A stretch of DNA of 59,012 nucleotides. It comes from an uncultured Alistipes sp. Its GTDB lineage: Bacteria; Bacteroidota; Bacteroidia; Bacteroidales; Rikenellaceae. The stretch is taken from positions 1 to 59,012 of the forward strand of contig CAAGHX010000187.1 of the NCBI GenBank assembly GCA_900769745.1. The letters are read 5' to 3'. Of this stretch, positions 56,714-59,012 are shown piece by piece. Position numbers and translations under genes: made by a program. Each line of letters starts with the position of its first letter. Position 1 is the first letter of the stretch. The notes under the pieces are model-generated. The model searched no databases. It saw nothing but the letters and a program-made list of their open reading frames with translations, and had not been told where the DNA came from.

Positions 56714-57757
56714 TTAGAGTGCGCTATCGAACTGGTGCAAGAAGCGCACATCGTTCTCGAAGTAGAGGCGCAAATCCTTCACGCCATACTTAAGCATTGT
56801 GATACGCTCAACACCCATACCAAAGGCAAAGCCTGAATACTTCTTAGAGTCGATACCGCTGGCCTCCAATACATTAGGGTCAACCATACCGCAACCCATA
56901 ATCTCCAACCAGCCTGTACCCTTGCAGACGTTGCATCCCTTACCGCCGCAGAGGTTGCACGATACGTCCATCTCGGCTGATGGCTCGGTGAATGGGAAGT
57001 ATGATGGGCGCAGACGAATCTGTGCGTTGTCGCCAAACATCTCCTTAGCGAAGTAGAGCAGAGTCTGCTTCAGGTCGGCAAACGATACGTTCTCGTCGAT
57101 GTAAAGACCCTCAACCTGGTGGAAGATGCAGTGTGCACGGTAAGAGATGGCCTCGTTACGGAACACACGACCTGGGCACACGATGCGGATAGGTGGCTTC
57201 TGGTGGTCCATAGCACGCACCTGGATAGACGATGTGTGAGTACGCAACATCACATCCTTAGTGTCGGGCTCCGACGAAGCCTTCTCCACGAAGAATGTAT
57301 CCTGCATATCGCGTGCTGGGTGCTCCAATGGGAAGTTCAGAGCCGAGAATACGTGCCAGTCGTCCTCAATCTCGGGACCCTCGGCTACGGTGTAACCCAT
57401 ACGCGAGAAGATCTCTACAATCTGGTTCTTTACGATTGAGATTGGGTGGCGTGTGCCGTCCTGCTCGGCAGAGCCTGGACGTGTCATATCGCCCACAGCG
57501 GCCAACTTAGTGGCAGCCGAGTCGGCCAAAGTGGCCTTCAAAGTATTGATGCGCTCGGTGGCAGCCTGCTTCAATGCGTTGAGCTTCTGGCCCAGCTCGC
57601 GCTTCTGCTCAGGGGCAACACCCTTGAACTCCTCCATAAGGGCTGTGAGCTCGCCCTTCTTACCGAGTACCTTGATACGGAACTCCTCCACCTCAGCCGC
57701 AGTGGCTGGAGAGAAGGCCTCTACACGTGAGAGTAAGTCGTTAATCTTTTCAATCAT
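56714..57757 (-). CDS. pheS: phenylalanine--tRNA ligase alpha subunit
   Basis: HPARDMQDTF, LRTHTS, FHQVEG, RPSYFPFTEPS, GFAFGMGVER motifs. Confidence 0.98.
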   Translation of the reverse strand: MIEKINDLLSRVEAFSPATAAEVEEFRIKVLGKKGELTALMEEFKGVAPEQKRELGQKLNALKQAATERINTLKATLADSAATKLAAVGDMTRPGSAEQDGTRHPISIVKNQIVEIFSRMGYTVAEGPEIEDDWHVFSALNFPLEHPARDMQDTFFVEKASSEPDTKDVMLRTHTSSIQVRAMDHQKPPIRIVCPGRVFRNEAISYRAHCIFHQVEGLYIDENVSFADLKQTLLYFAKEMFGDNAQIRLRPSYFPFTEPSAEMDVSCNLCGGKGCNVCKGTGWLEIMGCGMVDPNVLEASGIDSKKYSGFAFGMGVERITMLKYGVKDLRLYFENDVRFLHQFDSAL

Positions 57758-57986
57758 TTTTCTCTATGTTTTAATTATCCTATTTTCTGCTTTTTTGCGC
57801 TACCGCCCTATACCCTTTTGGTCACAAAAATCTCTCTTTAGCCACAAATACTATTCTCAAAGTGTAAGATTTTGGCTTTTCACTACCACTACCCCTTTGG
57901 GGTGTTGGTTTTTTCTGCAAAAATCAATAATTTTGTGCTACGGTAGATTTCTACGGTATATATAACGTGCAAAGTTACCAAAAAAT

Positions 57987-59001
57987 ATGAAAAACACCCG
58001 CTTTTTTCTGCTAATTATCTTGTTTGTGGCTTTGTTGGTCAATTATCTGCCACTTCAGGCCACAGCACAAACCATATCAACGGACAAAAAAAGAGGCGAA
58101 GCGAAGGCTATCGAGTCGGCCGAGGCAGACTCGCTGAAGCACTCTCAGCGTCGTCGCTCACGTCGTCGTGACCTCGCCTTAAGGCCCGATTCTATGATTC
58201 TGCCAGCACTCCCTCTCGAGCCCGCCAAGCCCGCCGGCGTGAGGGGTAAGATTGGTCTGGTGCTCTCGGGCGGAGGTGCCAAAGGACTCTACCACATTGG
58301 CGTCATTAAGGCTCTGGAGGAGAACGATATACCGATTGACTACATATCGGGTACCTCGATGGGTGCCATCATAGGTGCGCTCTATGCGGCTGGTTACTCT
58401 GTGGAGGAGATGGAGGCCATCACCACCAGCGGCAGTGTGGAGCAGTGGGTGTCGGGCGGTATTGACGACAAATATAACTTCTACTTCACCCAGAAGCCCG
58501 ACTCGCCCTCGATGCTCTCGGTATATGCCGACTTTAAGCGCGACTCGCTGAGCGACCGCTCATCGTTCGACCTGGCTCTGCCCCACGCATTCATCAATAC
58601 GGCGCAGATTGACTTGGCTCTCATCGAGCTCTTTGCTCCAGCCTCGGCTGCGGCAGACAACAACTTCGACAATCTGATGATACCCTACCGCTGTGTGGCA
58701 ACCGATATGAATCGCCACTCGCCTGTGGAGTTCTCCGATGGCGACTTGGCCTTTGCTGTGCGTGCTTCGATGTCGTACCCAATGCTTTTCCGCCCCGTGA
58801 CCGACGAGTTGGGTCGTGTGCTGGTCGATGGCGGCTGCTACGACAACTTCCCCTGGAGGGTGCTCGATAAGGATTTCAAGCCCGACTTCATCATCGGCGC
58901 ACAGTGCCTCGATGGTAACGAGGAGGCCGATGCCGAGTCGCCCGTGCAGGAGCAGGTGATGGCACTGGTTACAATGCCTACCGACTATAGCCTGCCCGAG
59001 G
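57987..59001 (+). CDS. patatin-like phospholipase, 3'-truncated by the contig end
   Basis: ATG 57987, signal peptide, LVLSGGGAKG, GTSMG, DGG motifs; absent from the ORF track because no stop is reached. Confidence 0.92.
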
Positions 59002-59012
59002 AGATCGGAAGA
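59002..59012 (+). other. Illumina adapter remnant (artefact)
   Basis: AGATCGGAAGA. Confidence 0.93.

Noticed and set aside
56714..57757. pheS without adjacent pheT
   Set aside because: Separation of the two genes is common in Bacteroidota.
1..59012. Terminal inverted repeat suggesting a linear replicon or transposon
   Set aside because: Both ends are Illumina adapter, and genes are truncated at both ends.

Overview
Chromosomal contig from a Bacteroidota bacterium, probably Rikenellaceae/Alistipes-like (inferred from TAnnTTTG promoters, absence of Shine-Dalgarno motifs, futalosine-pathway mqnA and gene content). Illumina adapter remnants remain at both ends. It carries about 45 CDSs, mostly housekeeping (corA, mqnA, proS, rdgB, dut, holB, folK, rbfA, folE, mrp, metG, ilvE, mnmG, ybeY, pheS), plus a cobalamin riboswitch ahead of a BtuH-like/DUF4465 lipoprotein pair. 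A 1.4-kb gene-free stretch rich in DnaA-box variants (38.9-40.3 kb) is a good oriC candidate, and a parS site lies next to mnmG. The most striking unexplained signal is a dense family of about 12 non-coding intergenic elements bracketed by inverted heptamer arrays, (AATTCAA)n ... (TTGAATT)n. They carry interchangeable palindromic cargo modules with compensatory base changes, sit flush against start/stop codons, are oriented with transcription, and in two cases supply a gene's start or stop codon. A second candidate system is a repeated C10 peptidase + unrelated lipoprotein cassette ending in a shared 20-bp hairpin; direct copies of that hairpin also bracket a domain-shuffled A / A+B / B trio of secreted proteins. 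No transposase, integrase, CRISPR array, tRNA or rRNA was seen. All family assignments are from motif recognition by eye, not from database searches.
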